From contig NC_090368.1 of NCBI RefSeq assembly GCF_035084215.1, forward strand, positions 3,348,001-3,412,000: 64,000 bases of DNA, given 5' to 3'. Origin of the DNA: Heptranchias perlo (lineage: Eukaryota). The notes beneath the pieces are model-generated. The model had not been told where the DNA came from. It was given only the letters and a program-made list of their open reading frames with translations, and ran no database searches. A program made the translations under genes and the position numbers. Position 1 is the stretch's first letter, and each line of letters opens with the position of its first letter. Below, piece after piece: positions 1-12,400 of the stretch.

Positions 1-129
1 TGCGAGTGTAATTATTGACAGCTGTGGGAGGATGTGACAAAATGGTGGGCCGTACAAATGGTGAGCGACAGCGCCACCAGTGGTGGGAGGGTGTAGTTGC
101 GGCGTGACAAGTTTACATAGGCAGCTTCC

Positions 130-296
130 ACTATAAAGGGGCTTTAAGAAGGAACTAGGTAGATTTCTGGACACAAAAGGCATCAAGGGGTATAGGGAGA
201 GAGCGGGAATATGGTATTGAGATAGAGGATCAGCCATGATCATACTGAATGGCGGAGCAGGCTCGAAGGGCCGTCTCCTGCTCCTATTTTCTATGT
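130..296 (+). mobile_element. CR1-type LINE 3' end fragment
   Basis: Typical shark CR1 tail (GATCAGCCATGATCATACTGAATGGCGGAGCAGGCTCGAAGGGCCG...CCTATTTTCTATGT), matching other copies in the window; boundaries approximate. Confidence 0.7.
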
Positions 297-572
297 AGGA
301 ATTTAGAATGGAAATATAAAAATGTCTGAACGTCTAACCTCAAAAATGGGGGACTGAATTGCAGCCAGGTGCCCTGGTCCAATTATCCCCCACCCGCCCT
401 CTTACCTTGCTTCATTTGAAGACTACGATTGGTCTGGACTGCTGGCAAAGGTAATCGGCAAGGGGAGATGAGGGGGAAAAAAACATTTTTACGCAGCGAG
501 TTGCAACGACCTGGAACGCGCTGCCTGAGAGCAGACTCAATCGTGGCTTTCAAAAAGATGGAAAAATGTCCC

Positions 573-2178
573 CGGGGGGGGGGGGGGGCGCGCGCGGAAA
601 AAGAGCTGGGGGGGGGGGGGGGGAAGAGCGGGTCGGGGGGGGGGGGGGGAAAGAGCGGGTCGGGGGGGGGGGGGGGAAAAGAGCGGGTCGGGGGGGGGGG
701 GGGAAAGAGCGGGTCGGGGGGGGGGGGGGGAAAGAGCGGGTCGGGGGGGGGGGGGGGGAAAGAGCGGGTCGGGGGGGGGGGGGGGAAAGAGCGGGTCGGG
801 GGGGGGGGGGGGAAAGAGCGGGTCGGGGGGGGGGGAAAGAGCGGGTCGGGGGGGGGGGGGAAAGAGCGGGTCGGGGGGGGGGGGGGGGAAAGAGCGGGTC
901 GGGGGGGGGGGGGGGGGAAAGAGCGGGTCGGGGGGGGGGGGGAAAGAGCGGGTCGGGGGGGGGGGGGGGGAAGAGCGGGTCGGGGGGGGGGGGGGGAAAG
1001 AGCGGGTCGGGGGGGGGGGGGGGGAAGAGCGGGTCGGGGGGGGGGGGGGGAAAGAGCGGGTCGGGGGGGGGGGGGGAAAGAGCGGGTCGGGGGGGGGGGG
1101 GGGGAAAGAGCGGGTCGGGGGGGGGGGGGGAAAGAGCGGGTCGGGGGGGGGGGGGGGAAAGAGCGGGTCGGGGGGGGGGGGGGGGAAAGAGCGGGTCGGG
1201 GGGGGGGGGGAAAGAGCGGGTCGGGGGGGGGGGGGGGGAAAGAGCGGGTCGGGGGGGGGGGAAAGAGCGGGTCGGGGGGGGGGGGGAAGAGCGGGTCGGG
1301 GGGGGGGGGGGAAAGAGCGGGTCGGGGGGGGGGGGGGGAAGAGCGGGTCGGGGGGGGGGGGGGGGGAAGAGCGGGTCGGGGGGGGGGGGGGAAAGAGCGG
1401 GTCGGGGGGGGGGAAAGAGCGGGTCGGGGGGGGGGGGGGAAAGAGCGGGTCGGGGGGGGGGGGAAAGAGCGGGTCGGGGGGGGGGGGGGGGAAAAGAGCG
1501 GGTCGGGGGGGGGGGGGGAAAGAGCGGGTCGGGGGGGGGGGGGGGAAAGAGCGGGTCGGGGGGGGGGGGGAAAGAGCGGGTCGGGGGGGGGGGGAAAGAG
1601 CGGGTCGGGGGGGGAAAGAGCGGGTCGGGGGAAAGAGCGGGTCGGGGGGGGAAAGAGCGGGTCGGGGGGGGGGGGGGGGAAAGAGCGGGTCGGGGGGGGG
1701 GGGGGGGAAAGAGCGGGTCGGGGGGGGGGGGGAAAAGAGCGGGTCGGGGGGGGGGGGGAAAAGAGCGGGTCGGGGGGGGGGGGGGAAAAGAGCGGGTCGG
1801 GGGGGGGGGGGAAAAGAGCGGGTCGGGGGGGGGGGGGGAAAAGAGCGGGTCGGGGGGGGGGAAAGAGCGGGTCGGGGGGGGGAAAGAGCGGGTCGGGGGG
1901 GGGGAAAGAGCGGGTCGGGGGGGGGGGGGGAAGAGCGGGTCGGGGGGGGGGGGGGGAAGAGCGGGTCGGGGGGAAAGAGCGGGTGGTGGGGGGGAAAGAG
2001 CGGGTGGTGGGGGGGGAAAGAGCGGGTGGTGGGGGGAAAGAGCGGGTGGTGGGGGGGAAAGAGCGGGTGGTGGGGGGGGGGGGGGAAGAGCGGGTGGGGG
2101 GGGGGGGGGGGAAGAGCGGGTGGGGGGGGGGGAAGAGCGGGTGGTGGGGGGGGGGGGGGGGGAAAGAGCGGGTGGTGG
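573..2178 (+). repeat. G-rich minisatellite (AAAGAGCGGGTC-G(n)), expanded inside a CR1 3' tail; G-quadruplex-prone
   Basis: Dozens of copies of AAGAGCGGGTC followed by G-runs. Flanks (~450-570 and 2180-2230) are CR1 3' sequence, and the unit resembles the GGGGAAAGAGCAGGG part of intact CR1 tails (e.g. ~60895-60910). Explains the Gly/Pro-rich ORFs. Confidence 0.9.
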
Positions 2179-2359
2179 GCTCTTCCAGAGAGCCAGCACG
2201 GGCACGATGGGCTGAATGGCCTCCTTCTGTTTTTATGCAGGTGGATAGTTATGTAAAATGTTAATTTAAATCTGAAAGGTAACTCTGTGTCTCGGGGGGG
2301 CCCAAACCCCTCGGGAACTTCAATTGTGAATGAAAATGACAGCAGTGCGCCTCACACTA

Positions 2360-2760
2360 ACTTGACAGGGGCGGGATTGAGTGACAGGACACTCAGCCAA
2401 TCAACCAGCAGGGCTCCGCCCAATGACGTGAGAACCGGCCAATGAGCGCGCACGGGAGGCGGGACCCGTGCCGTCATCACGTTCGGTTGCGCGCCGCCAT
2501 GACGTTCGGTTGCCCAGGGGACCGAGGCCTCGGGCCCGCTGGCCGGGCAGCGGTTGTTGATTGTGTTTTTTTTTCTCTCTCTTTCCCTACCTGAAGATGC
2601 GCTCCCGGCCCTGGCTCTGCGCCGTGAAGCGGACCCAGGAATCCATGGCAGACGCTCGGCCGCTCCGTCCCGCTCAGAGGGAAAACATTGCCGCTTCCGG
2701 CCGTGTCCCGGCTCACTTCCGGCGAGAGAGCACGTGACAGGCCCGGACCAGTCACATGGC
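2360..2760. promoter_or_regulatory. CpG-island promoter/first-intron region of PEX11B
   Basis: CpG-rich; ETS-like CTTCCGG motifs (~2694-2722) and CACGTG E-box (2731-2736) upstream of the ATG; GC boxes, three CCAAT boxes and TGACGT CRE-like motifs at 2368-2505. Confidence 0.65.
2591..2646 (-). CDS. PEX11B: Peroxisomal biogenesis factor 11 beta, coding exon 1 (rest of gene beyond window start)
   Basis: GCCATGG Kozak start at 2646; translates MDSWVRFTAQSQGRERIF(R), closely like the vertebrate PEX11B N-terminus (MDAWVRFSAQSQARERLCR); 56-nt phase-2 exon ends at AG|GTAGGG donor (2590); lies in a CpG-rich island. Not in the ORF track. Confidence 0.88.
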
Positions 2761-2809
2761 AGCTCAGGAGGCGTTAAATCCCATCCACAGGTCACATGAC
2801 ACCTGCACC

Positions 2810-3975
2810 ATCACACATCAGATCCAATGTATCATACAATGCACACGTCATACAACATACGCACATCATACAACACATGCATATCATACAATGCACACCT
2901 CATACAACACATGCATATCATACAATGCACACACCATACAATGCACGTGTCATACAACACATCATACAATGCACACGTCATACAACATACGCACATCATA
3001 CAACACATGCATATCATACAATGCACACCTCATACAACACATGCATATACAATGCACACACCATACAATGCACGTGTCATACAACACATCATACAATGCA
3101 CATGTCATACACCACATGCATATCACGCAATGCACACATCATACAACACACACATTTACAATGCACACGTCATACAACATACGCACATCATACAACACAT
3201 GCATATCATACAATGCACACCTCATACAACACATGCATATACAATGCACACACCATACAATGCACGTGTCATACAACACATCATACAATGCACATGTCAT
3301 ACCACACATGCATATCATACAATGCACACATCATACAACATGCACATCATACAATGCACATGTCCTACAACACAAGCATATCATACAATGCACATGTCAT
3401 ACACCACATGCATATACAATGCACACATCATACAACACACGCATATCATGCAATGCACACATCATACACCACACACATATCATACAATGCACACATCATA
3501 CCACCCACATATCGTACAATGCACACGTCATACAACACACACATATTGTACAATGCACACATCATACACCACACGCATATCGTACAATGCACGTTATACA
3601 ACACATGCATATTGTACAATGCATGTTATGCAACACACGTATATTGTACAATGCACACATCATACAACACATGCATATCATACAATGCACATGACATGCC
3701 ACACGCATATCGTACAATGCACGTTATACAACACGCACATATCATACAATGCACATTATACAACACATGCATATTGTACAATGCATGTTATAGAACACGC
3801 ATATTGTACAATGCACGTTATACAACACACACATATTGTACAACACACATGTCATACAACACACGCATATCATACAATACACACATCATACAACACGCAT
3901 ACACAAAGCACAGGTCATACACTGCACACATGATAACATGTCAGTGATAATATGATAACATGTCAGTGATAATAT
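2810..3975. repeat. AC-rich degenerate tandem repeat (CATACAAYRCAC-type)
   Basis: Reiterated CATACAA/TGCACAC/CATAT units; source of the His/Thr-rich ORFs. Confidence 0.9.
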
Positions 3976-4044
3976 GCACATAGTAATTTGTCACACACAA
4001 TCCATGCCATGAAACATCAGGTCCAATATACAACATACTCAACA

Positions 4045-4310
4045 CCAACTTGCATTTTTAAAGGGCCTTTAACGTGGTAAAACATCCCAAGGCGCTTCAC
4101 AGGAGTGTAAATCAGACAAAATTTGACACCGAGCCACATAAAGAGATATTAGGACAGGTGACCAAAAGCTTGGACAAAGAGGGAGGTTTTAAGGAGCTTC
4201 TTAAAGGAGGAGAGAGAGGCGGAGAGGTTTAGGGAGGGAATTCCAGAGCTTAGGGCCCAGGCAGCTGAAGGCACGGCCGCCAATGGTGGAGCGATGGGAA
4301 TGGGGGATGG
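4045..4310 (-). mobile_element. L2 LINE 3' end
   Basis: Reverse complement of the L2 tail seen at 26640-26894. Confidence 0.75.
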
Positions 4311-4579
4311 GCAACATATCATACCACACAGTCATACAATGAACACGTGATAACGTCAGCTATAATTGTCATATGACCACCTCTTAATACATGGGCTACA
4401 TTTATGAGTGCAGATTGCCAGCGGAGAGCCTCACCTGGTATTGGAAATTCAGGCACACTGGAAATGATTATCCCACCAAATCGGTCAATCTCAGGCACTG
4501 TGAACCCAGATCTCCGAAATATACCACAGACAGGTGAGGAACTATACTGTAGACTCAAAAATATTGCACCTTATCCAGT

Positions 4580-5175
4580 ACTGTTTGATGGGACAGTGCA
4601 GAGGGAGCTTTACTCTGTATCTAACCCGTGCTGTACCTGCCCTGGGAGTGTTTGATGGGACAGTGTAGAGGGAGCTTTACTCTGTATCTAACCCTGTACC
4701 TGCCCTGGGAGTGTTTGATGGGACAGTGTAGAGGGAGCTTTACTCTGTATCTAACCCTGTACCTGCCCTGGGAGTGTTTGATGGGACAGTGTAGAGGGAG
4801 CTTTACTCTGTATCTAACCCTGTACCTGCCCTGGGAGTGTTTGATGGGATAGTGTAGAGGGAGCTTTACTCTGTATCTAATCCGTGCTGTACCTGACCCT
4901 GGGAGTGTTTGATGGGACAGTGTAGAGGGAGCTTTACTCTGTATCTAACCCTGTACCTGCCCTGGGAGTGTTTGATGGGACAGTGTAGAGGGAGCTTTAC
5001 TCTGTATCTAACCCGTGCTGTACCTGCCCTGGGAGTATTTGATGGGACAGTGTAGAGGGAGCTTTACTCTGTATCTAACCCGTGCTGTACCTGCCCTGGG
5101 AGTGTTTGATGGGACAGTGTAGAGGGAGCTTTACTCTGTATCTAATCCATGCTGTACCTGCCCTGGGAGTGTTAG
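4580..5175. repeat. 63-67 bp minisatellite, about 9 copies
   Basis: Unit GTGTTTGATGGGACAGTGTAGAGGGAGCTTTACTCTGTATCTAACC(CGTG)CTGTACCTGCCCTGGGA. Confidence 0.92.
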
Positions 5176-5605
5176 ATCCCTCACCTTGATACACACATAA
5201 ATTTGCACACAGAGGAGGCATACATTTCAGAGAGCCGGCACAGGCACGATGGGCCGAATGGCCTCCTCCTGTGCTGTAAGATTCTATGATCTGGGATGGG
5301 GGGAAATGTCACAGATCGTGGACCAGCTTCTGGACATCAGGAGCTGCGGAAAGTTTGTATGAATAAAGACTGTCCGTTAATCTGTTTCGCTCCGCCTACA
5401 ACAGGGTTCATTGCCCTGGGTTCATTTGGCGTTCATCGAATTCCAAATTAAAAATAGACTTGGACATCCGTCTCCTGTTGGAGATCCGCCTCAGTGACAG
5501 GGTCGCTAAAGGCCAGGTGCAACAGTCGGAATTTGGTTTAATATTAAAACCTGGCTTTGAATCTTGATTTTCAGCTTTGCTGCACTGCCAAGTACACCGA
5601 TGTTC

Positions 5606-6277
5606 NNNNNNNNNNNNNNNNNNNNNNNNNNNNNNNNNNNNNNNNNNNNNNNNNNNNNNNNNNNNNNNNNNNNNNNNNNNNNNNNNNNNNNNNNNNNNNN
5701 NNNNNNNNNNNNNNNNNNNNNNNNNNNNNNNNNNNNNNNNNNNNNNNNNNNNNNNNNNNNNNNNNNGAAGTGAGAGGAGAGGGTGGGAGAGGAGGGTTGG
5801 GGAGAGGAGGGAAGAGGATGGGAGAGGTGAGGATGGGAGAGGAGTGGAGTGGAGGGGCGGGGAAAGGAATGGAGGGGAGAGGAAAGGGTGGGAGAGAGGA
5901 GGGGAGGGAGGAGGCGAGGAGGGGAGTGGAGAGGGGAAGGGAGGGGAGGGGAGAAGAGAGGAGAGGAGGGGAGGAGAGAAGAGAGGAGAGGAGGGTATGG
6001 GAGAGGAGGGGAGGGGAGGGTATGGGAGAGGAGGGGAGGGGAGGGTATGGGAGAGGAGAGGAGGGGAGGGGAGGGTATGAGAGAGGAGGGGAGGGGAGGG
6101 TATGGGAGAGGAGAGGAGGGGAGGGGAGGGTATGGGAGAGGAGAGGAGGGGAGGGTATGAGAGAGGAGGGGAGGGGAGGGTATGGGAGAGGAGGGGAGGG
6201 GAGGGTATGGGAGAGGAGAGGAGGGGAGGGGAGGGTATGAGAGAGGAGGGGAGAGGAGGGTATGGGAGAGGAGGGGA
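5606..6277. repeat. N-run (5606-5766) followed by polypurine (GGAGA/GGAGG) low-complexity repeat
   Basis: Read directly from the sequence. Confidence 0.9.
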
Positions 6278-6349
6278 GCATGTCCACCTTGGAAATGTGT
6301 TATCATTCATACCAACCTCTGACCTTGGCACTGGACCAGCTCTGTGCTG

Positions 6350-6355
6350 TATATA
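6350..6355 (+). promoter_or_regulatory. Candidate TATA box of the HAAF-like gene
   Basis: TATATA about 60 nt upstream of the ATG at 6411. Confidence 0.45.
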
Positions 6356-6410
6356 GAGTGGTGCTGGGTTCACTGTGAGCACTCTCCTCAGTCCTTTTCT
6401 CTGCTGTACA

Positions 6411-9400
6411 ATGTCAGACGTGACAATTCTGCTCGTTATCTGTGTCTTCCTGGCTGGAGGTCGGGTACAACCTGAAGGTGCAGGTACCTCTCTCATGTTG
6501 TTCCTTTTCTTTTATCGAGAAGCCTGAGTAAAGAAAGAACTTGCATTTCTATAGCGCCTGTCACGACCTCAGGAAGTCCCAAAGCGCTTTACAGCCAATG
6601 AAGTACTTTTTGAAGTCTAGTCGCTGTTGTAATTGGTGGCAGCCAATTTGTGCACAGCAAGATCCCACAAACAGCAATGATCAGATATTTTTTACTGATG
6701 TTGGTTGAGGGATAAATATTGGCCCCAGGACACCGGGGAGAACTCCCCCCTGCTCTTCTTCGAAATAGCGGCCGTGGGATCTTTTACATCCACCTGAGAG
6801 GGGCAGACGGGGCCTCGGTTTGACGTCTCATCCGAAAGACGGCACCTCCGACAGTGCAGCACTCCCTCGGTACCGGCACTGGGAGGGTCGGCCTGGATTA
6901 TGGGGCTCAAATCTCTGGAGTGGGGGCTCGAACCCACGACCTTCTGACCCAGAGGGGAGATGAACAGGGCAGGACACCAGCAAGGCGAAAAGAGTCAGGG
7001 AAAATGTGAGGTAAATCGGGAATAAATGATTCGGCGACATCCAGCTTTGATTTTAACAGCTTGTGCAGTGTGGGAGGAAGGGAAGACTGAGGGAGGGAGG
7101 GGAGGAGCTGCACAGATTTGGGGCCCTGGGAATGAAGGAGTTAGAGCAGGAGACTGGATTTCAACACAGTGGGAAGGCAGAACGAGTAGGACGGGGGATT
7201 CAGAGTTCAGGATCAATAAAAGAGAGACAAACAGGGTTGTGACGGGGGCAGGGGGAGAGAGAGAGCTCAGAAGGATTGGTTAACAACAACTTTGCATTTA
7301 TATAGCGCCTTTAACGTAGTAAAACGTCCCAAGGCGCTTCACAGGAGCGATTATCAAACAAAATTTGACACCGAGCCACATAAGGAGATATTAGGACAGG
7401 TGACCAAAAGCTTGGTCAAAGAGGTAGGTTTTAAGGAGCGTCTTAAAGGTGGCGAGAGAGGCGGAGAGGTTTAGGGAGGGAATTCCAGAGCTTAGGGCCC
7501 AGGCAGCTGAAGGCACGGCCGCCAATGGTGGAGCGATTAAAATCGGGATGCGCAAGAGGCCAGAATTGGAGGAGCGCAGAGATCTCGGAGGGTTTGCTGG
7601 GCTGGAGGAGGTTACAGAGATAGGGAGGGGGCGGAGGCCATGGAGGGGATTTGAACAGGAGGATGAGAATTTTAAAATCGAGGCGTTGCCGGACCAGGAG
7701 CCAATGTCGGTCAGCGAGCACAGGGGGTGATGGGTGAACGGGACTCGATGTGAGTTAGGATACAGGGTGAGTTCATGTTTACAGAGGGTGGAAGGTGGGA
7801 GGCCGGCCAGAAGAGGATTGGACTAGTCAATGAGAAATGACCTCCTGGGCCCTGTCCAGGAATGCTCAGTTCTTGTGACTCTGTTCCCAACTGGTGCCCA
7901 TGTTCTCTGGGCTCAGGGAAGGGCACAGAGTGTACACTTGCCAGCAGGCAAAGGGAACAAATTCCTCTCTAGTTTGCTTTGGAGACTCTTAGCCCTGGTG
8001 ACAGGGACCCTTGTGCATTAGACACTGAAGAATTGCAATTTGCTGGAGTGAGGTATCCGTGCCCAGTTAGTTAAACTTTTTCCCTCATGCTTCAGTTCGA
8101 GAAATGTGTTTCATTGCCCCACTAATGCTGATGATCTGAGTATCTCCTTAACCAACGAGATTTAAGGATTGAGAAGGAAGCAGAGGAACGCTGAAGAAGG
8201 AGATAGGGCGAATTAGAGTTAAATCAGGTGCAGAAAGAGAAATATTAGCGACTCACGGAGTACCACTTCCTCGCCAAAAGTCGCTGGATGATTTATACAC
8301 TGATAACCGCGAACGGCATTAAACTCACCGTTACTTTGGAAGCAATTTCTGGCCCAATGTTTCCCAGGGTCACTCATTCCGATTGTTCTACTCTTCCTTG
8401 CAGAAAAGCGATGGTTGAACGATTACCAGATGTTGCACTATGTTTGTCCACACAGAGCTTCCATCTCCATAATTGTGAGGTAATTATCCAAACAAACTGT
8501 ATGGGGTGAAAGGCAGGGCCCAATAAAACTCTGGGTTAGGATTACATCCAGAAAGGCTTAATTATTGGTATTTTAGTAGTTTTAATAGAACAACAACAAT
8601 TTGCATTCATACATTGCGCATTTATTGTAATCGACGTGTTGAATTGTAATCATCGTGACAAATTGTAATCATCGTAGCAAATTATAATCATCGTCTTGAA
8701 TTGTAATCATCATGTCAAATTGTAATAATCATGTCAAATTATAATCATCGTGTCGAATTGTAATCATCGTGTCGCATTGTAATCATTGTGTTGCATTGTA
8801 ATCATTGTGTTGCATTGTAATCATCATATTGAATTGTTATCATCGTGTCACATTGTAATCATTGTGTCGAATTGTAATCACTGTGTCGAATTGTAATCAT
8901 CATGTCACATTGTAATCATCGTGTCGAATTGTAATCATCGTGTCACATTGTAATCATTATGTCACATTGTAATCATCGTGTAAAATTGTAATCATCGTGT
9001 TGAATTGTAATCATCGTGTCACATTGTAATCATCCTGTCGAATTGTAATCATCATGTCGAATTGTAATCATTGTGTCAAATTGTAATCGTGTCAAATTAT
9101 AATCATCGGGTCAAATTGTAATCATCATGTTGAATTGTTATCATCGTGTCACATTGTAATCATTGTGTTGAATTATAATCATCGTGTCAAATTGTAATCT
9201 TGTCTCATTGTAATCATCATTTCGAATTGTTATCATCATGTTGAATTATTATCATCGTGACACATTGTAATCATTGTGTTGAATTGTAACCATTGTGTTG
9301 AATTGTAATCATCGTGCCGCATTGTAATTGTGTCAAATTATAATCATGTCGAATTGTAATCATGATGTCGAATTGTTATCATCGTGTCGAATTGTTATCA

Positions 9401-12400
9401 TCGTGTCACATTGTAATCATCGTGTCGAATTGTAATCATCATGTCAAATTGTAATCATTGTGTCGAGTTGTAGTCATTGTGTCGAATTGTAATCATCGTG
9501 TTGAATTGTAATCATCGTGTCAAATTATAATCATCTGTCAAATTGTAATCATCTGCCGAATTGTAATCATCGTGTCGAATTGTAAGCATCATGTCAAATT
9601 GTAATCATCTGTTGAATTGTAATCATCGTGTCAAGTTGGAATCATCGTGTCGAATTGTAATCATCGTGTCACATTGTAATTGTCGTGTCGAATTGTAATC
9701 ATCATGTCAAATTGTGATCATGTGTCAAATTGTAATCATCGTGTCAAATTGTAATCATCTGTCGAATTGTAATCATAGTGTCAAATTGTAATCATCTGCC
9801 AAATTGTAATCATCTGTCAATTTGTAATAATCTGTCGAATTGTAATCATCATGTTGAATTGTAATCATCGTGTCACATTGTAATCATCGTGTCGAATTGT
9901 AATCATCGTGTCGAATTGTAATCATCGTGTCACATTGTAATCATCCTGTCGAATTGTAATCATTGTATGAAATTGTAATCATTGTGACAAATTGTAATCA
10001 TGTCAAATTATAATCATCGGATCAAATTGTAATCATCATGTTGAATTGTTATAATTGTGTCACATTGTAATCATTGTGTTGAATTATAATCATCGTGTCG
10101 AATTGTAATCGTGTTGCATTGTAATCATCATTTCGAATTGTTATCATCATGTTGAATTATTATCATCTTGACACATTGTAATCATTGTGTTGAATTGTAA
10201 TCATCGTGTCGAATTGTAATCATCATGTCACATCGTAATCGTTGTGTCGCATTGTAATCGTGTCAAATTATAGTCATTGTGTCGAATTGTAATCATCATG
10301 TTGAATTGTAATCATCGTGTTGAATTGTAATCATCGTGTCAAATAGTAATCATCATGTCGAATTGTTATCAGCGTGTCAAATTGTAATCATCATGTTGAA
10401 TTGTAATCAAAGTGTCAAATTGTAATCATCATGTTGAATTGTAATCATCGTGTCGAATTGTTATCATTGTGTCGAATTGTTATCATTGTGTCGAATTGTT
10501 ATCATCGTGTCGAATTGTTATCATTGTTTCACATTGTAATCATTGTGTCGAATTGTAATCATCGTGTCGAATTGTAATCATTGTGTCAAATTGTAATCAT
10601 CTGTTAAATTGTAATCATTTGTCGAATTGTAATCATCTGTCAAATTGTAATAATTGTGTCGAATTGTAATCATTGTGTCACATTGTAATCGGGTCGCATT
10701 GTAATCATCATATTGAATTGTTATCATCATGTTGAATTGTTATCATCGTGTCACATTGTAATCATCGTGTCGAATTGTACTCATCGTGCCACATTGTAAT
10801 CATTGTGTTGCATTGTAATCGTGTCGAATTGTAATCATCGTGTCGAATTGTAATCATAATGTCGAATTGTAACCATTGTGTTCAATTGTAATCATCGTGC
10901 CGCATTGTAATTGTGTCAAATTATAATCATGTCGAATTGTAATCATGATGTCGAATTGTTATCATCGTGTCGAATTGTTATCATCATGTCACATTGTAAT
11001 CATTGTGTTGAATTGTAATCATCGTGTCGAATTGTAATCATTGTGTCAAATTGTAATCATCTGTCGAATTGTAATCATTGCGTCAAATTGTAATCATCTG
11101 TTGAATTGTAATCATCGTGTCGAATTGTAATCATCATGTCAAATTGTAATCATCTGTTGAATTGTAATCATCGTGTCAAATTGGAATCATCGTGTCGAAT
11201 TGTAATCATGTCAAATTGTGATCATGTGTCAAATTGTAATCATCGTGTCAAATTGTAATCATCATGTCGAATTGTAATCATGTCAAATTGTGATCATGTG
11301 TCAAATTGTAATCATCGTGTCAAATTGTAATCATCTGTCGAATTGTAATCATCGTACCGAATTGTTATCATCGTGTCGAATTGTTATCATCCTGTCGAAT
11401 TGTAATCATCCTGTCGAATTGTAATCATCTGTCGAATTATAATCATCATGTCAAATTGTAATCATCTGTCAAATTGTAATCATTGTGTCAAATCATAATC
11501 ATCTGCCAAATTGTAATCATCTGTCAAATTATAATAATCTGGCGAATTGTAATCATCATGTTGAATTGTTATCATTGTGTTACATTGTAATCATTGTGTT
11601 ACATTGTAATCATTGTGTCGAATTGTAATCATCGTATTGAATTGTAAACATTGTGTCGAATTGTAATCATTGTGCCAAATTGTAATCATCGTGTCACATT
11701 GTAATCGTGTCAATTTATAATCATTGTGTTGAATTGTTATCATCGTGTCGAATTGTTATCATCGTGTCACATTGTAATCGTTGTGTTGAATTGTAATCAT
11801 GTCACATTGTAATCATCATGTCAAATTGTTATCGTGTCGAATTGTAATCATTGTGTTGAAGTGTAATCACCTGTCAAATTGTAATCATCGTGTCAAATTG
11901 TAATCATCTGTCGAATTGTAATCATCGTGCCGAATTGTTATCATCGTGTCGAATTGTAATTGTCATGTCGAATTGTAATCATTGTGTCAAATTGTAATCA
12001 TCGTGTCACATTGTAATTGTGTCAATTTATAATCATTGTGTCAAATTGTTATCGTGTCGAATTGTTATCATCGTGTCGAATTGTAATTATCATGTCGAAT
12101 TGTAATCACCTGTCAAATTGTAATCATCTGTTCAATTGTAATCGTCGTGTCAAATTGTGATCATCTGTCAAATTGTAATCATCTGTCGAATTGTAATCAT
12201 CGCGTCACATTGTAATCATCATGTCGAATTGTAATCATCTGTCGAATTGTATTCGTCGTGTCAAATTGTGATCATCTGTCGAATTGTAATCATCGTGTCA
12301 AATTGTAATCATCTGTCGAATTGTAATCATTTGTCAAATTGTAATCATCTGTCGAATTGTAATCACCGTGTCGAATCGTTACCTTTTATTCCACATCTAG

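Noticed and set aside
429-2264. Long Gly-rich and Pro-rich ORFs (549-611 aa)
   Set aside because: Translations of a G-run minisatellite that is open in several frames and on both strands; no splice or domain evidence.
2756-3947. His/Thr-rich ORFs resembling histidine-rich proteins
   Set aside because: Open in all three frames because the AC-rich tandem repeat lacks stop codons.
4580-5175. Regular repeat array superficially like CRISPR
   Set aside because: Head-to-tail units with no unique spacers, in a vertebrate context: a minisatellite.
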